Source of the DNA: Lophium mytilinum
Taxonomy: Eukaryota
NCBI GenBank assembly: GCA_010093605.1
Contig: MU004203.1
Span: 86,156 to 150,155 of the forward strand
Direction of reading: 5' to 3'
DNA: 64,000 bases
The notes beneath the pieces are model-generated. The model did no database searches. It saw nothing but the letters and a program-made list of their open reading frames with translations, and had not been told where the DNA came from. Positions 11,559 through 25,731 of the stretch are shown here, piece by piece. The position numbers were made by a program, and so were the translations under genes. How positions within the stretch are numbered: position 1 is the stretch's first letter; each line of letters opens with the position of its first letter.

Positions 11559-13848
11559 TCCTGGTGGCTTGGAGGAGGGATGGGGTGAGGAGGACGGTTT
11601 GGGTTTTTCTTTTGGATAGTGTTTCGGTTTGGAATAATGGAAAAGGTCTGAGGACCGTTGTTTCTCTGCGCAAGATCATTGCACAGTGCATATGTGGTGA
11701 TTTATAATGAGGTCGTGATACATTGTTGCCGCTGTTTGAAGCGCGTTGATCGCAGTTTGGATCATCTTGAGCTGATGCTTCATTTACTAACGCTGAATCA
11801 GAGCGAAGTATCTAGGATAGGCATTCATACAGGAGCTTTAGCTTGGCTAACTTCAGGTAATGGTATTCGTCGATCACGATTAGTAGTCAGGTTTGAGTTT
11901 GGCGTGAGCGACGAGCCATGGTTGACGTATGGACCGGTCCAACCTAGTATCAACCTCAAGCAAACTGCAACTCGGATAGGGGGAGCGATAAGATTGATAT
12001 GGTTTTCTTTCCTGTATCACCCAAGGCTTAATCATACAACTGTTTCTACGACCCCAAAAGACCGGGACTCGCCAGCCAACTTCGTGATCACCCCGCGAGC
12101 GAATTTCCAATCAACCAAGATCATGATCATCTAGTAATTTAAAACAGGGATAACTGAAGAGCTAACTGTCTCGTCCCCTCTGCCTCGTCCTTTGTCGCTC
12201 GTTTTCTGAACAGCATCCTCATGTACTCCACTCGATCCCACGTCCGCTCCAATCCGCCATCGGCGACCAACACCACTGCGGTAGTTTCCTTACCTTGGTC
12301 GAAACTGTGGATATATACGCAGAAAGGATAGTCGTATCTTCGGACTGCGAAGAGCCTATGAATAGTCCGCGATAGTGGACGAGGTGCCGCTTGGGAAGCA
12401 GCGGAGGCCACCTGAGATGAATTCTCGAACAGACCATCGAGTCAACGCGGTTGAGGTCTGGATGTTGCATCGTCGCAAGCGACGCGTTGAGAAGGTGGGT
12501 AGGTTGGTTAATATACTCGGATGGATGGCAGGGAGCTCACAAGGTACGCTGTCGCTGTTCGAACCGAATCAGCCCTCCTGTTCACCAGACAGTTTTTCCT
12601 TTGCTGAGCGCGATGCCTAGGCTAGTATGCCTGCGTCGTGGTGTTTCCATGACTTTACCGACGACACTGCTCTAACGAACCCTCTCAATCCCTTCTTTAT
12701 GAGCTTCGAGATTACTTAGGTGTTGCCGGAGAACTACAAATCTCAACTTATCGTCGAATTGAGGAGGATAATCGCTGAGTTAGCCTCCATCCATGCCCCT
12801 GGAAAAGATATCTTTGACATGCACCGTACGTAATCGCGCCGACCCCCGACAAGAAGTCTTTCCTCGACTCCCATTACGTGCTCAGCACTACCGGTCCCAT
12901 CATAGTGCGGTGAGGTAGACAGAAATGTGGTTGGAAAAAGGACAAGAAAGAAAGAAGAAAGTAAAAGGATAGTACGCCTGACACATCTCTCGTTAGCTTT
13001 AATTAATCTACCGACGTTGCTTCCTATTGACAAATGCGGTCTCTAAAGGAGCCCTACACATTGATTAGATAGAACAGATGGGCTGAGACTGCCCCCGCAG
13101 ATTGAGAGACGCTCTAGAAAAGCTGAAGCAGAAATGGAGTTTGACGGTACCCAGTGGCAAGTGCGCGATGTTAGTCTTCTATCATAACCTCGACTCATAT
13201 CTAAATAAAGACACTTTCGAAAGCCATGGGAATTAAACGGGTGTGGAGAAGTAGATTGACCCGCCAATTTTTCTACCACAGTCCCAGCTTCCCAACCCTG
13301 GCAAGTCTCAACACACCTGTCCAACATTCCAGTTTTAACCGCCGTCGTCCGACATGACATAGTAGAAATACCGTAAATAGTTGCCTTAGTCATGGCTATC
13401 AGCTGCAAAAGGCTTCACAGGAGGGAAGGTACAGTCCAGTGAGAAGAATAACAGGGAATTGGTATGTTGTTGTGTTGAACGTCGAATTAGCAACGGGGGG
13501 AACTTCTAGCCAGTGCGAGATATTAGTGCGACTTATTCGCTATGCCTGATTCAAGCTTCAATAGTATCTTTATGCTATTGTCATTCTGTATCATGATCAA
13601 TTGCCGTCATCTTGTTGTAAATTGTTACCATTCCTCCGCATCTCCATCACTCGTCCAGGTAATTAGGCAATGGAGGCCTCGCTCAATGCCAGTCGGCATG
13701 TCAGCCGCTTTGCTTTCCCAAACCCCCGATTTTCCGAGCTCTCCCCCACTCGGTGGATCCCCTCTCGCAACATTGGATCATGTCTTATTAGATGAGGGCA
13801 GGGATCAGCGCTTGTGGAGATGGTATCAATGAGGTGTGATTTGCATAC

Positions 13849-14070
13849 CCAGTTGTTCCATCCAACAGCGAATCCCATGGCCGGGTCGACGTAACGAGAG
13901 CAGTACTGAGGAACGGCGCCAGGGAGGGGGGGCCAGGTGGCCATCTCGCAGAGACAATGCATCATGGCGCATACGGCGAGACCAGTGATGGTATATCCAC
14001 ATATACAGTCCGCAAACCTCGTAGATAGAGCGAGTACTCTCGGCTATGTCCCGATGACGCTTCCGATGCG
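13849..14070 (-). pseudogene. Amino-acid permease (YAT family, proline-permease-like) N-terminal fragment
   Basis: IGSVIGT*..GYTITGLAVCAMMHCLCEMATWPPLPGAVPQYCSRYVDPAMGFAVGWNNW followed by a GTATGC donor; has a stop and is truncated. Confidence 0.8.
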
Positions 14071-16444
14071 TCTCGTACTGGCTTATGCTTGCGGCACATT
14101 GGTAAGATCGGCGTCATGAAAGCCCATCAGCTCTTTTCCGCCCCTTTGCGCCAATGCCGCTATAATTATCCTACTGCAAGCGCAGAGCACTCGGGTTTAC
14201 TCTCCACCGGTAACGAGATTTATGTCTCTCGCTCAATCTTGGTGACTTCATTCGTGGTCGCAGCAAGAATTGTCGGGTATGGATCGATTCAATGGCGGCG
14301 GAAGAGTTGCCTGGTAACCGGGCTCGCAAGGAGCCTGATTGGGATTCGGGAAGTAGTCGGGATCAATGAGGCTGACACCGGAAGAGAGACCGTCGTTGGT
14401 GGAATCTAAGGCAAGACAGGAGGATGGAGAGAGCAAAGAGGTATCTTCCGGTGCCGGCATTGGCTCAAGTAGTGCTCGAAATAGGTGACGGTCGCTGCGG
14501 AACTATAGTTTGTTTCCTGTGTTATCCGTGAGCGAGGAGCACTCGGCCACACCTCGCTGTATGCTGAGCACTTACGGAAATGAAATCTGAGCTGTGGTTA
14601 CGGCGGGTATCACCGAGCGTGAGGCCTAAAGGAGGACCGAATTATAAAGGAAGGCTACGGTGCAGGTATGTTCTGTCGCCGGCGGCGGGAAGGCAAGGAT
14701 TACGACGTTCCGTGGTGTTGAGTTGGGGTGCGAGGGCAGCGGAGAAATCTGTTGTTGATTGAGTCGGATGGACGCAGTCGGTGTGGAGAGCATACCAGTT
14801 TCCAGTATGCACCCCCGCAACCGCGCTCGCTGAAGCTTCACTCCTCCCACAACACCCTTTGGCCACAGCCATTCATTTCCCTGGCTTCAACATTGGTCAT
14901 TTACTCCATAAAAGGGAAGATCTTACTGCTTCTTGCCCCTCTCTGCCCCCACGGCGTGCTCAACAACCGAGACTACTCCAACCAAGCCAGACGGTTGGGC
15001 CACCGGGTCTTCACTCGCTACCTTACCTGCCTCACCCAGCTCACTTATCACCACCACCGACAGCTAGTAGTTGCTCACTCCTCCTTCGCATACGAAGCGT
15101 GCCAAACGCCGGTCTTCTCGTCCTTTTTCGATAGCGCAACGACTCCCAACACTCACTGAACCCCGAGTCAGCCTCCTCCGAGAGACTCTTATAGCCGGGA
15201 ACCCAAGACTTGACGACCTCATTTCCTCTCGGCCATACGGTGGAATATATCTGGCGAAGTACGGGACCTCGACTGATGTTCATACACGCTTTGAGATTTT
15301 GGAGCGGCAGAATGAGGCTTTTGAGAAGCCGGCAAGAAATTCCAGGAACGATATGGAGGAGTGAAGGCCTACGGCAAGGAATGTAAGCAAAGCCCATATC
15401 GTATGCAGCAGGAGTTGGAATGTTTTCTGAATATGGGCAGGTGCCTTTTACCTTGATTTATTTTCTGACATAAGGAAATAGGTCCTGCAACAAATCGACA
15501 ACCTCCTACCCCTGAACCCACACCCCTTTAGTTAAGTTGCGATGCGACCCTATAAATGAAGACATTCCATGGGGCTGATTCATCAGCTACGGTGGCATTA
15601 GCATTCTTCTTGCTTCAAGGGGTACTTTTGGCGGATGAACGGCGAAGATTCCGCCGTACGCACACCACACATGTTACTGAAGAGCAGACGAGGAGTTGAG
15701 AATTTAGGGGGAAAGGAGAAACGTAGAAGAAGGAAAGGCTACATACGAGAGGTACTGGGTCCCTGCCCTTGGTAGCCCTCACCACTCCTCTTTAGCAACA
15801 CTCTAGCACTTACGTAACTCGAGGCACAGCACCGGGCCAGGGACTTCACGAGCTATGGTCCTCCCTTTTTGAAAGCAGCAACAACCTGGAGGCAGAGTAG
15901 GGCTACTCCTAGGTCGCCAAGGATGTTCTTGAATATGTTTCGATATCAAGAGTACTCATTTCCACATGAACAGCGACTTCCCCACCGCCTCAGATCAGAA
16001 CTCGAAGCTTCATTGCATCAATCATGCCGGCCCTGACCAAAGTTCTCAGTATAGCCTTCGTCGCTACTGCTCAACCGGGCCGATATAGGCTCCAAGAAGT
16101 ACCGTTCTCGCCATTTATCAACTCCTTGACCCACCATTGGCGGGAACAGTCACTTCACTACCACGGTCTTTCACAGCGCCGTCCAATTGTCCAGACGTAC
16201 AAGGGAAAGACAAGTGAAAAGAAACGATGGGGAGGGTAAGCTGGATAGGAAGTTTGTGGAAGGGCCGTCATTGAATGAGGAGGAGGTCATTCTGGGCGAC
16301 ATTTTTATAGTCAAATTAGTTTCCATTAGGCAATGAAAATTTCAAGAACCTCAAAACGTTCAACGCTACTATCATGACTTGTTCTAACACGGTGTATACA
16401 GTGTGAAGTTTCTGCGATGTTAATAAAGCGTACTGGCCTTCAGG

Positions 16445-16865
16445 CCATAGCGCGTGCTTGCTTTTTCATGGCCCATATCTCCTCGAACAATTTCCTCAAA
16501 CTTGCTCCAACCTGTTTCTCCTCCGTCACCCGCACCGCGCTCTACTTTAGCTCTTGCGTGACTACCAACAAATTCTCATCTTAATGATGAGTGCATAGAC
16601 CGTGGCACGTGCTTGCTTCTTCGTCGCCCACAAGTCCTCGAACAACTTCCGAAACCTTGCTCCGACCTTCCTCCTCTCCTTCACCAGCCTCTTATAAGAG
16701 AGGCTTCCAACTCTTCCGCCTCCATCTCTCCTACACTCCACAAATCATCACGCCAAGCGTCTGAAAACAGTTCGCCTGCTCCGTAGCAGGTCGATGCTCC
16801 GAGCCGGACTATAAGACAGGCCTCCGTCTTCCTTCCTCCATCGCTCCTACACTCCACAAATCAGG
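16445..16865. repeat. Two pairs of local diverged duplications (about 85 bp at 16445/16600; about 55 bp at 16692/16809)
   Basis: cgtgcttgctt..tcctcgaacaa..cttgctcc occurs twice; tataaga.aggc..ctcctacactccacaaatca occurs twice. Confidence 0.7.
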
Positions 16866-17144
16866 TAAAAGCCGTTCTGCTCAGGCTCTTGCACAACTAG
16901 TAGAGCAATTTATCGTCGACGTTGGGTGGTCGTCACGTGTCCGCTTCCTCTGGTTCGTTCCACGGCTCACTGACCGACTTTTCGAACCTTACTTCAACCT
17001 CGCCTTCTTCCTTCGCCACCCCACCCTCTTTCTTCACCACCTCGACCTCTTCCTTTCACGACCGCCTCACGTACCCAGCTTCTTGTCAGTGCTTCCCTTT
17101 CGATCGCCTTGTGGTTGGCCGCCGTCTCTTGGCCGCCGCTCTCG

Positions 17145-17590
17145 CGAAACCTGCGAAACCATGTCCAAACTGTTCATCATGTATGCATCCCACATCTCAG
17201 AAACACAAATTGCGAGCTGACATCATCATAGCAGACTTGCCTGCGGCACCGACGATGCCACCCTCCGCACCAGACTGCAAATTGCTCTGGCAATGAGCGA
17301 AACCCACGAAACCATGTTCAAAATGTCCGCTGGGTACGTACAACTCATCCTTATTTCACCATTGTGCTTATTCTGACGCCTTCAAAGCGACCTTGCCAGG
17401 TCCACCGACGATGCCATCTACTTCGTCAGACTGACAATTACTCGGAACGCCGTGGGAAAGCCCCGAAACCATGTCCAAGCTTGGGGGTTCGTACAGCAAC
17501 TTTCCCTCTCCACATTGGATCTACGCTAACACCATCACCACAGCCTTGCCTGGAACGCCGACGTTGCCACCCTCCGCACCAAGATGGACC
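17145..17590 (+). repeat. 3 x about 155-bp exon-intron-like repeat encoding a Cys/His motif
   Basis: cgaaaccatgt at about 17155, 17307 and 17464, each followed by a GT..CTRAC..AG intron-like stretch and cttgcc..ccgacg.tgcca. Confidence 0.65.
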
Positions 17591-20450
17591 AGACAGATCT
17601 TGGTTTGGTTGATGGGTCCCAGCGAGCTGCAGAAGAAGCTCAAGGCGGTTGCCAGTTCAGGCCTCGACTTTGAATACGGCGACTTCGGTCAGAAGAAGAA
17701 GGGCGCATTCGATGTTTTCCAAGATCAGGAGGTGACCTTCGCACGCAGTGGTGGGAGTTTGTGTTGGGATGGGAGAGTTGGGGTGACGATTTCGGGGGTA
17801 TATCCCTGGGGGGCTTCAACCCAGCGGCCAAGAGCCCAAAGCTGCAGAAAAGCGTATACAATTAATGAAAGGACATAGGAAATGTCAGTTCACCCTAGTA
17901 AATTAAGCTACCTTCTCTCTTAAGTCCCAATACCGCTTCAACTTCCGCAACATTAATTCCAATGCACTTGCTTAGCTGAAGTGAAAAGCTGTTAAATAAC
18001 AAGCGGCCGTGACGGTGATAATAAGCTGAAGAATTTGCCTATGGAAGTTATGGCTACAGCGAGACTATAGGGCGGACGGAGGTTTCCCACCGCCGAACCT
18101 TACCACTTCAACGTCACTCACCAAGGCAGCAACTCCTTCCTCTCTCTCCACCCCACTCACCTCAACAACACCATCCTGTCAAGCTCCAGCATGACCGCCC
18201 ACTGAGCGCAAGTTCTAGTCTTCTCGCCTTACCAACTCTCACAACTAACACAGAACAGGATGGCTCAGCTGCGCCCTCCAAATCGCTCTCCACAGCGCCT
18301 CACTGGCACCCTTCTAACTGAGTACCTTTCCCTCACCGAGCCCGCCAGATGCAAGAAGTCTGTCTGAGGCGGCCCCGTCAGCGATTCAGTCAAGTCGCGT
18401 GCTGGGGGAAATTTTTTGAGGAGGCTACCAAGGCACGTTGGGAGGCCGGGCGGAAAAGGCGGCTACGGCCAGTCTCGACACCTCAGCGGGTAAATGGTCC
18501 ATTGGCTGTTCTCGGGCTTGGAATGGGCTTTTGCGGAGGCTACGGAGGCAGAGAAGACTTGCGCTTTCCGGGCGGAGAGGGTGGCTACGGACAATGGGAT
18601 CAGGATGGCGGGTAGATGGTCCATTGACTGGAGTCGGGCCTTAGTGGACTTGACTCAACAGTCTCGTATGATGTGAGTGCAGCTCTCCCGGGGTTCTTGG
18701 TCCTTACAACTAATGCACAATAGAGAAGCAAGACTGCGATCTCTCGTAGCCTATTCAAACTTTCTAATACACCCCCCACCTGGCACAATGTTCAAACCTC
18801 GATATCTCAACGACGATGATACCACAAGGCTGTTCGCCGATGGATGTGTGTCCAGTAATCGACCTTCAAGACACTGGACTTCACCTAGTATACTTCCCGC
18901 CCTACAATAACCTATATACCGTGAACGGGGTCTTCTGTGTGGAATGAGACGGCTCGGCACGAAGACGTTACCGCCCGATATACAGTATCGTTGGACATTG
19001 CATCACTCACTGCTGCTTCGGACCAGAAAAGTGTCTGAGCGGAACTTGCTTGACAACCGAGCTGGACTGGCTGGACGTATGACGCGCGACAAAGTCTTCT
19101 TCGAGCACGAAAGATCGTAGCCGGCTCACTGACATCAATACCACCTAGAGCCTTCTTCCTCACCATCCCTATCATTCCAGCCCCCCGAGTCTTAGTCCTT
19201 GGCCTTTCTTACAACGCCATGGAACTCGCGCGAGTCGAGTTAGCATCGTCGACACCATGTTGACAGCATCAGACACAGTTGGGCACGAGCTCTTATACCG
19301 GACCTCTTCGGGAATGTCTCGAGCTGAACCGTCTCTACAATAGTAGATTGCCTTCGTCGCTGCCACGCCCAGGGAAAGCCGCATCTGTGGGATGATGACC
19401 CGTGGTATACGACGTAAGAACGAGGCTCCTCTTTCCCATGATTTACAAAACTGATGTTTCGGAAAACAGCAGTACTCGTTACCATGCCTGTCTGGGAACT
19501 TCAAGCTTCGCGAGACTCTGCTTCAGCCGCGCCCGACCCTGAAGATCACGAAGTCCCATCCCGCCCTCATGCCGTCAGAATTGGCTAACATCGACCTCCG
19601 TTCGCAACAGGCCATCAAAGGGAAGGCTTCTTGGTGAAGCCCCTCTGAATTCGAGCGAGCATCCGCAGCTGTTCGAGGACGGGGCCGATGTGGACAGCCG
19701 TTCGAATGAATCAGAGCGCAGGCTCAAACTGCCAGCTTCATATTTGACGATACAAGACTCACCAAGGCGTCGTCGAACACGCCAGTACGCTCTTGTGACA
19801 GGCCTGCGGTACCAAATGCTCGTACTCGGCACCGCACCTCAGCTCAGGCTTCCGGCCTCCTACAGCCCTTGGGGGGCCGCTGGAGACCTATCCTCATCAA
19901 AGCCGAGCCTTCTCGGCGAGCCCCCTCTGGACTCCAGTGGGCTTCCATGACACTTGGAAGATGACAACGACGTCAACAGCAATTCGAACGAGTCGGAGGG
20001 CGACGTCGAGTTATCAGCTTCATATTGGGCAAAACCAGACACAACTGCCGAGCTCGACTGCGCTCTTGCGTCAAGCTGCAGAGCAAAACGGGCGCGCTCG
20101 ACACCGCGCTTCAGCCACATGCTCGCCGCCGTCCTACAATCGCCACAAGACCGCTGGCCCCACTCGAGGCCTATCCTTGACCGAGTTCCTCTCCGCCATG
20201 GAGGAAATGGAAGTCTTGATGGAATACCTCTCTGCCTAGAGACGCTACAGCGGGCATGTGGTTGATCTCGGCGCCGGCCTTGACTGCATCTGCCAAGGAA
20301 CAAGGAGCTAGAGGCCATGTACGTGGTCTATTGGATGGTGATAATGTAGGCGAGAAAGAGGGCTAGCGGAGGTTATATACTTGAGGTGACGTGCGCCTGC
20401 TGTAGCCCTCACCGCTACTCCCTGGCAGCATCTCAACGGATACTGGCAAC

Positions 20451-20858
20451 ATGGACAGTCCGAAGAAGCCCCACTAAACCACCTCGCTCAATTTCGACGA
20501 TCCCTTTGACTCACATTCGAGACGCCACAGCCGACTGCTGATTGCATCTCTAGTGCCCTCTGGGACTGTGAGGTCCCGCACGGTGAAGACCGAGCCGCCT
20601 GTGCCTAGAGCTCCCTCGGGATACCTCAAGGCGCCGAAAAGGGAGAACGACATCGATCAGATTTCATCCGGCCTTCAGCGCGTCAGGTTGAGAATGCCTA
20701 CAAAGAAGCAGCACGATGCAAAGAGAAGCAAGAGAAGAGTGAGAGATCGAAGGCCAGAAATGAGGCACCGGGAATCATGGACAGTCCGAAAAAGCGCCAC
20801 TGGATCACCTCGCTCATTTTCATCGATCCCTTCAACTCATATTCAAGACGCTACAGCC
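20451..20858 (+). repeat. 82-bp direct repeats (20451-20532, 20777-20858) flanking a coding-like insert
   Basis: atggacagtccgaa..cacctcgctca..cgatccctt..agacgc.acagcc occurs twice, 326 bp apart. Confidence 0.75.
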
Positions 20859-22203
20859 CGTTCGGAAACCGCTGGTGCCGCTCGTGATATTTCCTTCTAG
20901 ATCAAGACCACGTCCGCTAGCAAAAGAACGGACAACTAGGCAGAAGAACTGCTTGGATATAGTGAACGATGCACCGAGCATAATGTTGGTCCTGTTACAA
21001 GCGGACCAGCGCTCTTCGCCAAAGTGAGAGAGAACGGGTACTCTAGTGAGAAGGAATCGTCGCGTTTCCGCCCGGCGGAGGCAAGTGTTAGATGGTCCAT
21101 TGATCACTGACGCGAGTTCACCCATCCCTATTGGTCATTCCGGAGAGAATATAGAAGGCCATTTGCTCACGGGCGAACTCCAATACTTGAGAGTGGAGAG
21201 CGGGCCTTAGATTGACACCTCTATTTCAAGGGTTGTGGGTATTGGAATGGGACTGTGTTGGACCAGATGAGGCCTGTAGTTGTTGCCAATTGCTAGAACG
21301 TTTTACCTACGAATAGAAAGTTTCTGAGGTTCATTGCCGTTCGTGTCGGAGTTACACCAACCCAGGGCCTTTGTTAATGTAACTACGGAAGTACAAGTAG
21401 AACCCGAGACAAGCGGGAGCAACTGTTCTGTAGTTTTCTTTTTGGCGGGACCTGTTCGGACCTTCAGTCTTCAAATAACAAGTCTGCAACTCTTCCATTC
21501 CGCAGAATTTTTCAGGATGGAAATCTTGTGATGTACGGTACTCCGTTGTCTTGAAGAGCCATGGAGCCAGGGTGCACTTGAGTTCGAGGAGCATCTCGTT
21601 AACGGAATCAATCTTGGGATTCATACAGTCGGACCAATCAAACGCCGCTCATTTTCCCTCGGTCATCGAACACACAAACGCACCGCTCGCTAGTGAATTG
21701 AAAACAGGACTGCGAGCTTCCGCGACTGAGTCCCACGTGAGCCTTGCCTTCGCCAAGTTGCTATCTCAGCACAAGCAGGCCTGTACCCGACCAACAACCC
21801 GTTCGGAAGGCGCCTTCACTTTTCTGATTCCACCAAAACACAAGACACCAACATCATTTCACCGGATGTTCGTGCCTTCTTCACTGATTGCGGTCCCCCA
21901 TCAACTCACCTTAGTACTTCACTAGCCATCGAGGTCGACCGCTCAAACTCAACCTTCGAAACACGACTCATCTGCCAAAGCCCTTGAATCTCCTCTTGAG
22001 ATGAGATGCGAAGTCGAGAGATTTCCTGCAGCAAAGTGATCATCAAGGGCTTCTTCACCAAGGTGAAAGCCGAGCTGCTCCCTAGTGAGGCCTTAGTGCC
22101 ATCTTCCAATCTACTCCCACGACAGCAATTCTTCGAAAAACCCCCAAGGATAGACAGTCCGTCTCTGCCTGTCACCGGACACAGTAACCATAGAGAGTGG
22201 TCG

Positions 22204-22368
22204 GACGACGTGGTTTTCGTCGCTATGTACATCAAGCACGCATCCTGGGCTACCGGGAAAGCGCAGAATGCAGTCATCGAAGTTGGAATATCAACGCTGG
22301 ACATGCGCCACATCCGCGAAATCCACCCGAGCGTCTCCGGAGTTGCTTGGATCAGGAATATACGGACA
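22204..22368 (+). pseudogene. QIP/Gfd2(YDR514C)-like DEDDh exonuclease fragment with catalytic DxE lost
   Basis: DDVVFVAMYIK..VIEVGISTLDMRHIREIHP..G.AWIRNIR resembles the family motif DVVFVCxDxE..ITEIGIATLDTRD..P...G..W...I. Confidence 0.65.
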
Positions 22369-25300
22369 ACGCTCGACCTTTTTCTTCTTGGTTGCACTCT
22401 GGCTGCCCATCACCGCCAAATCCATCCACGTGAGGCAGTACCGCCGCACCGCCACCCCAAACCGTCTGCCGATTTCTTCGACACCACAAACCCGGAGGGT
22501 GAGTGACCACGTCACGCGGAGATTGGTGCGGCAGTCAACAAGTCGTGCAAACTGCAGGTGGCCATACCTGCAGCTTGTTACCCGGAACTCCTCTGTTGCG
22601 AGACGATGACGAGCAAGTTCTTTCCATTAGTCACTGCTTGAACCGCGAAAGACAACAACCCGTACGCTGCCACCAAAATCCGACAAGACCTGCGAGATGC
22701 TCAATAATATTACACTTCGACCTGCGACGCCTATGTTCGACTCGGGGAATCGTGTGTCTACGCCGACGACTACAACTCGAGCCGCGAAGTGAGGGAGGAA
22801 CCCTAGTTTGAGCCCACCGCGCAGGCAGCCATCGAGGCGAAGCATGAGGCAGATCTGAACGCCATGCTCAACTGCAAGCCTGACCCTGAAGAAAAAAAAC
22901 CTGTACATGACGACTATAGTCTGACAAGACCTGCGAGATGTTTAATATCATTACACTTCAACAACGGTAGACGAGACGACGACCAAGCACAAGTTGTTCT
23001 TGACGAGTCCGAGGAAGCTCCTAGGATTCTTCAAGGTAGCTTCAGACCGAGCACGGCCGAAGCACTGCCCGCCAATACTCCTCTGAAAGCATTAAGGCAT
23101 CTCGCATCCCCTCCTACGAATGAGAGGCTCTGTTCTAAGACGCTGGGGCAAGCAACGCCAAATCTTTTCTTCAAGAGACGTTCGATCAAGTCACAGTCCG
23201 AGAAAGACATGACAGAGTTATTCAAACCCCTTCCGATGAGATCGCGTTATCCCTTCCCGTCGCAGGACATGGCATCAAGATCGGGTTTGATCTCACCGGC
23301 GGCAATGGAAAGACCATCATGAAGCAGATAACCGATAAGGAGGAGGGCGACAGTATTCATATATTCTTGTCAACGGTCTGGGTCAAGAGCAAGTCAGTTG
23401 GTTCGTCGACTATCCCGCCGTGGAAGGTATCACCTTCCCAGCAGTGAGCACGTCGAGGCAGCCTTGATGCAAACTTTACGACACGACATCACGACAGCAC
23501 AGGGTACGGGTGACTGCCACGGAGTTTGGGACATTGATTTTGTGCGATAGGCACAGCGATATGCGGTGCACTTAGGAGACAGGGAAGTTTTGAGCACGGC
23601 CTGGGACTAATCAACGTGGCTTTTGTTGTCGTGTTCTCCAGATAAATTCTTTGTCTATCTAGAACTTTCAGTCCAATCTTGCGCAAGATGCCATCTCATG
23701 CTAGATACCCAATCATTTTTCCCTTTTGCGTAAACTGCTAAGCCACTATAACACCTGTGATGGGTGGCTGGCCGTAGAGAGTTTCCCGACTCCCAACCCA
23801 ACGGTGAGGCTGTTCAACCACACTCCATCACCTATCCTACACCCTAAGCCCGCTCTAAGCTCAAGTGAGTTGCGGCTTCTCTCCCGATAGCGATCAGGTG
23901 AAGCGGATGAGTGAGCTGAAGTGAAGCTCAACATGCGCAGCTCACCGAGGTGAGCGTTAGGACGCTCTGCCGCTCTGGCGTCTTGTCTATAGGCTCTTAT
24001 CCTGGATATTCCAGATTCTTGCAAGTACTATTAGCATGTCGACTTCTACCTCCCGCCCTGACCCAAGTAGGAGATACTTTGACCAGATGCTCGATACGGC
24101 ATATCATCCGGACACTTCCGCTATGTTCACCATAAATGATCATTCATCAAGCTTGAGGTCTAAGGCGTCCTCCACAGGGGAGGCTCCATTCACTTTGAAA
24201 AGCCATACATACCAAATCACTTCCTCAAGGCATCGATCAGGCCCGATCCTGAGTCTCCCGTCGGTTCCAGTCAAAGGAGGCTCTGGGCCAACCTTCGCGG
24301 CGTGTAGCCCTTCAGCAATCTCAGTTCTGGTCTGCGACAGAGACCTGCATTGTCCGCCTCCTCGGTTCCTTTAAGGGTCGCCTTGTTCTTGCTCCACTGG
24401 ACAAGGCAACCTCGTAAGGTACTCCTGCTGACTTTCTTCTTCCTATAGGTTGCTCATGATGCAAAATTACGCTGGAGGACTTCATAGCATTGTCGAGTAG
24501 GGGCCGGAGTGGTGGAGAGGTCCTTGATCGTTAGAGCGTTTTGAGAGCCGGCTTTCCAAAAGACAAACGGGTCAGAGGGACTCACTGTCTTGAGTCCGAT
24601 GATTACTGCGCTGTCGGTTTTGAAGATCAAGATAGCAAAAGCAAGGAAGCCATAGCTCACGGCATGGTGTACACTTGGAGATTTTGAATTTGACTACCTG
24701 CTCATTCACACTCTCGACAGTCCTTTCTCGCCAGGCATACTGCCAACCCCGATCCTTAGCCCGCTATATGCATGGTCTAGCGAATTGCATCTTTCCTTTC
24801 TTCGCTCGCCTAAGGGTATGGTGCCTTCATGCGATGGGTGCTGTTGCGATGCTTGTATCGTGATTCCATTTCTTCGTCATGGCAAAATCTCCGAGTGCCA
24901 GAACTGGGCACAAAGGACTGCGACGGCAATATGCTTCGCAGTTGTTAGAGCCTGGTTTGTCACTGTATACCTCCTATCTAGATGCCGTACGCACCAAGTT
25001 CATCGGCCTCGCCAGCAGGCAAGTTGCTGCGCGAGTTGGATGGTGAGGCCCGGGCCGATCTGGTGATGCGGGACAGTGAAGTGGCGCGACGGCGCCTAGA
25101 TTGCCGGATCTGAATCTCGTGTTTTTTTCTCGCGCATGGAAAGGTGGGTAGGATATAGGATCGATGTGGAGAAGTGAGGTGGAGGGATCGTTCGTCGCGG
25201 ACTCATTGAATGGAACTTGGGGATAGTGAAGGCGGCTGGATTGTTGCGCAAAACCTGCGGAAAAAGCGCGACTTGGCAATTTAGAGATGGGGGGTAGGAT

Positions 25301-25702
25301 AAGATACTCTGAACTTAGACACTCATGCTGGCTTCACTGCGAGTTGGCATCTGTCCCGACCGTCGTGATATAGCGTTGTGCGTGGCGCCAGAAATCGAGG
25401 GAACGGTGAAGAAGGTGAACAATTCCAACACGAGAGCGTGCTGCAAATGAAAGCAAGCAGAAGCTATGGAACTTTGGAAAAGAATCAAAAACGCAATGTT
25501 GGTGCCGTGAGCGTATGTGGATGAGGTGAAATGAACGTGCGACCTGATTCACGTTAAGGGAGCATCAGTCGAGGAGCCTACACAACTATTGCAGCATAAT
25601 CTACAGGCTGCATACCTTGAAAGGCGTGCCAGAGATGCGTGGCGGGGTGCGCGGCTAGTACAATAGTTCGTGGCGTGGCAGCAAACGCGCCCTGTCAAAG
25701 GG

Positions 25703-25710
25703 TATATATT
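25703..25710 (+). promoter_or_regulatory. TATA box of U6 copy 2
   Basis: TATATATT 29 nt upstream of the U6 start. Confidence 0.7.
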
Positions 25711-25731
25711 TACTATAAAATAAGACCCTCC

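Noticed and set aside
16445..16686. Bromodomain C-terminal helix (VGARFRKLFEDLWATKK, minus strand)
   Set aside because: Too short and generic to call.
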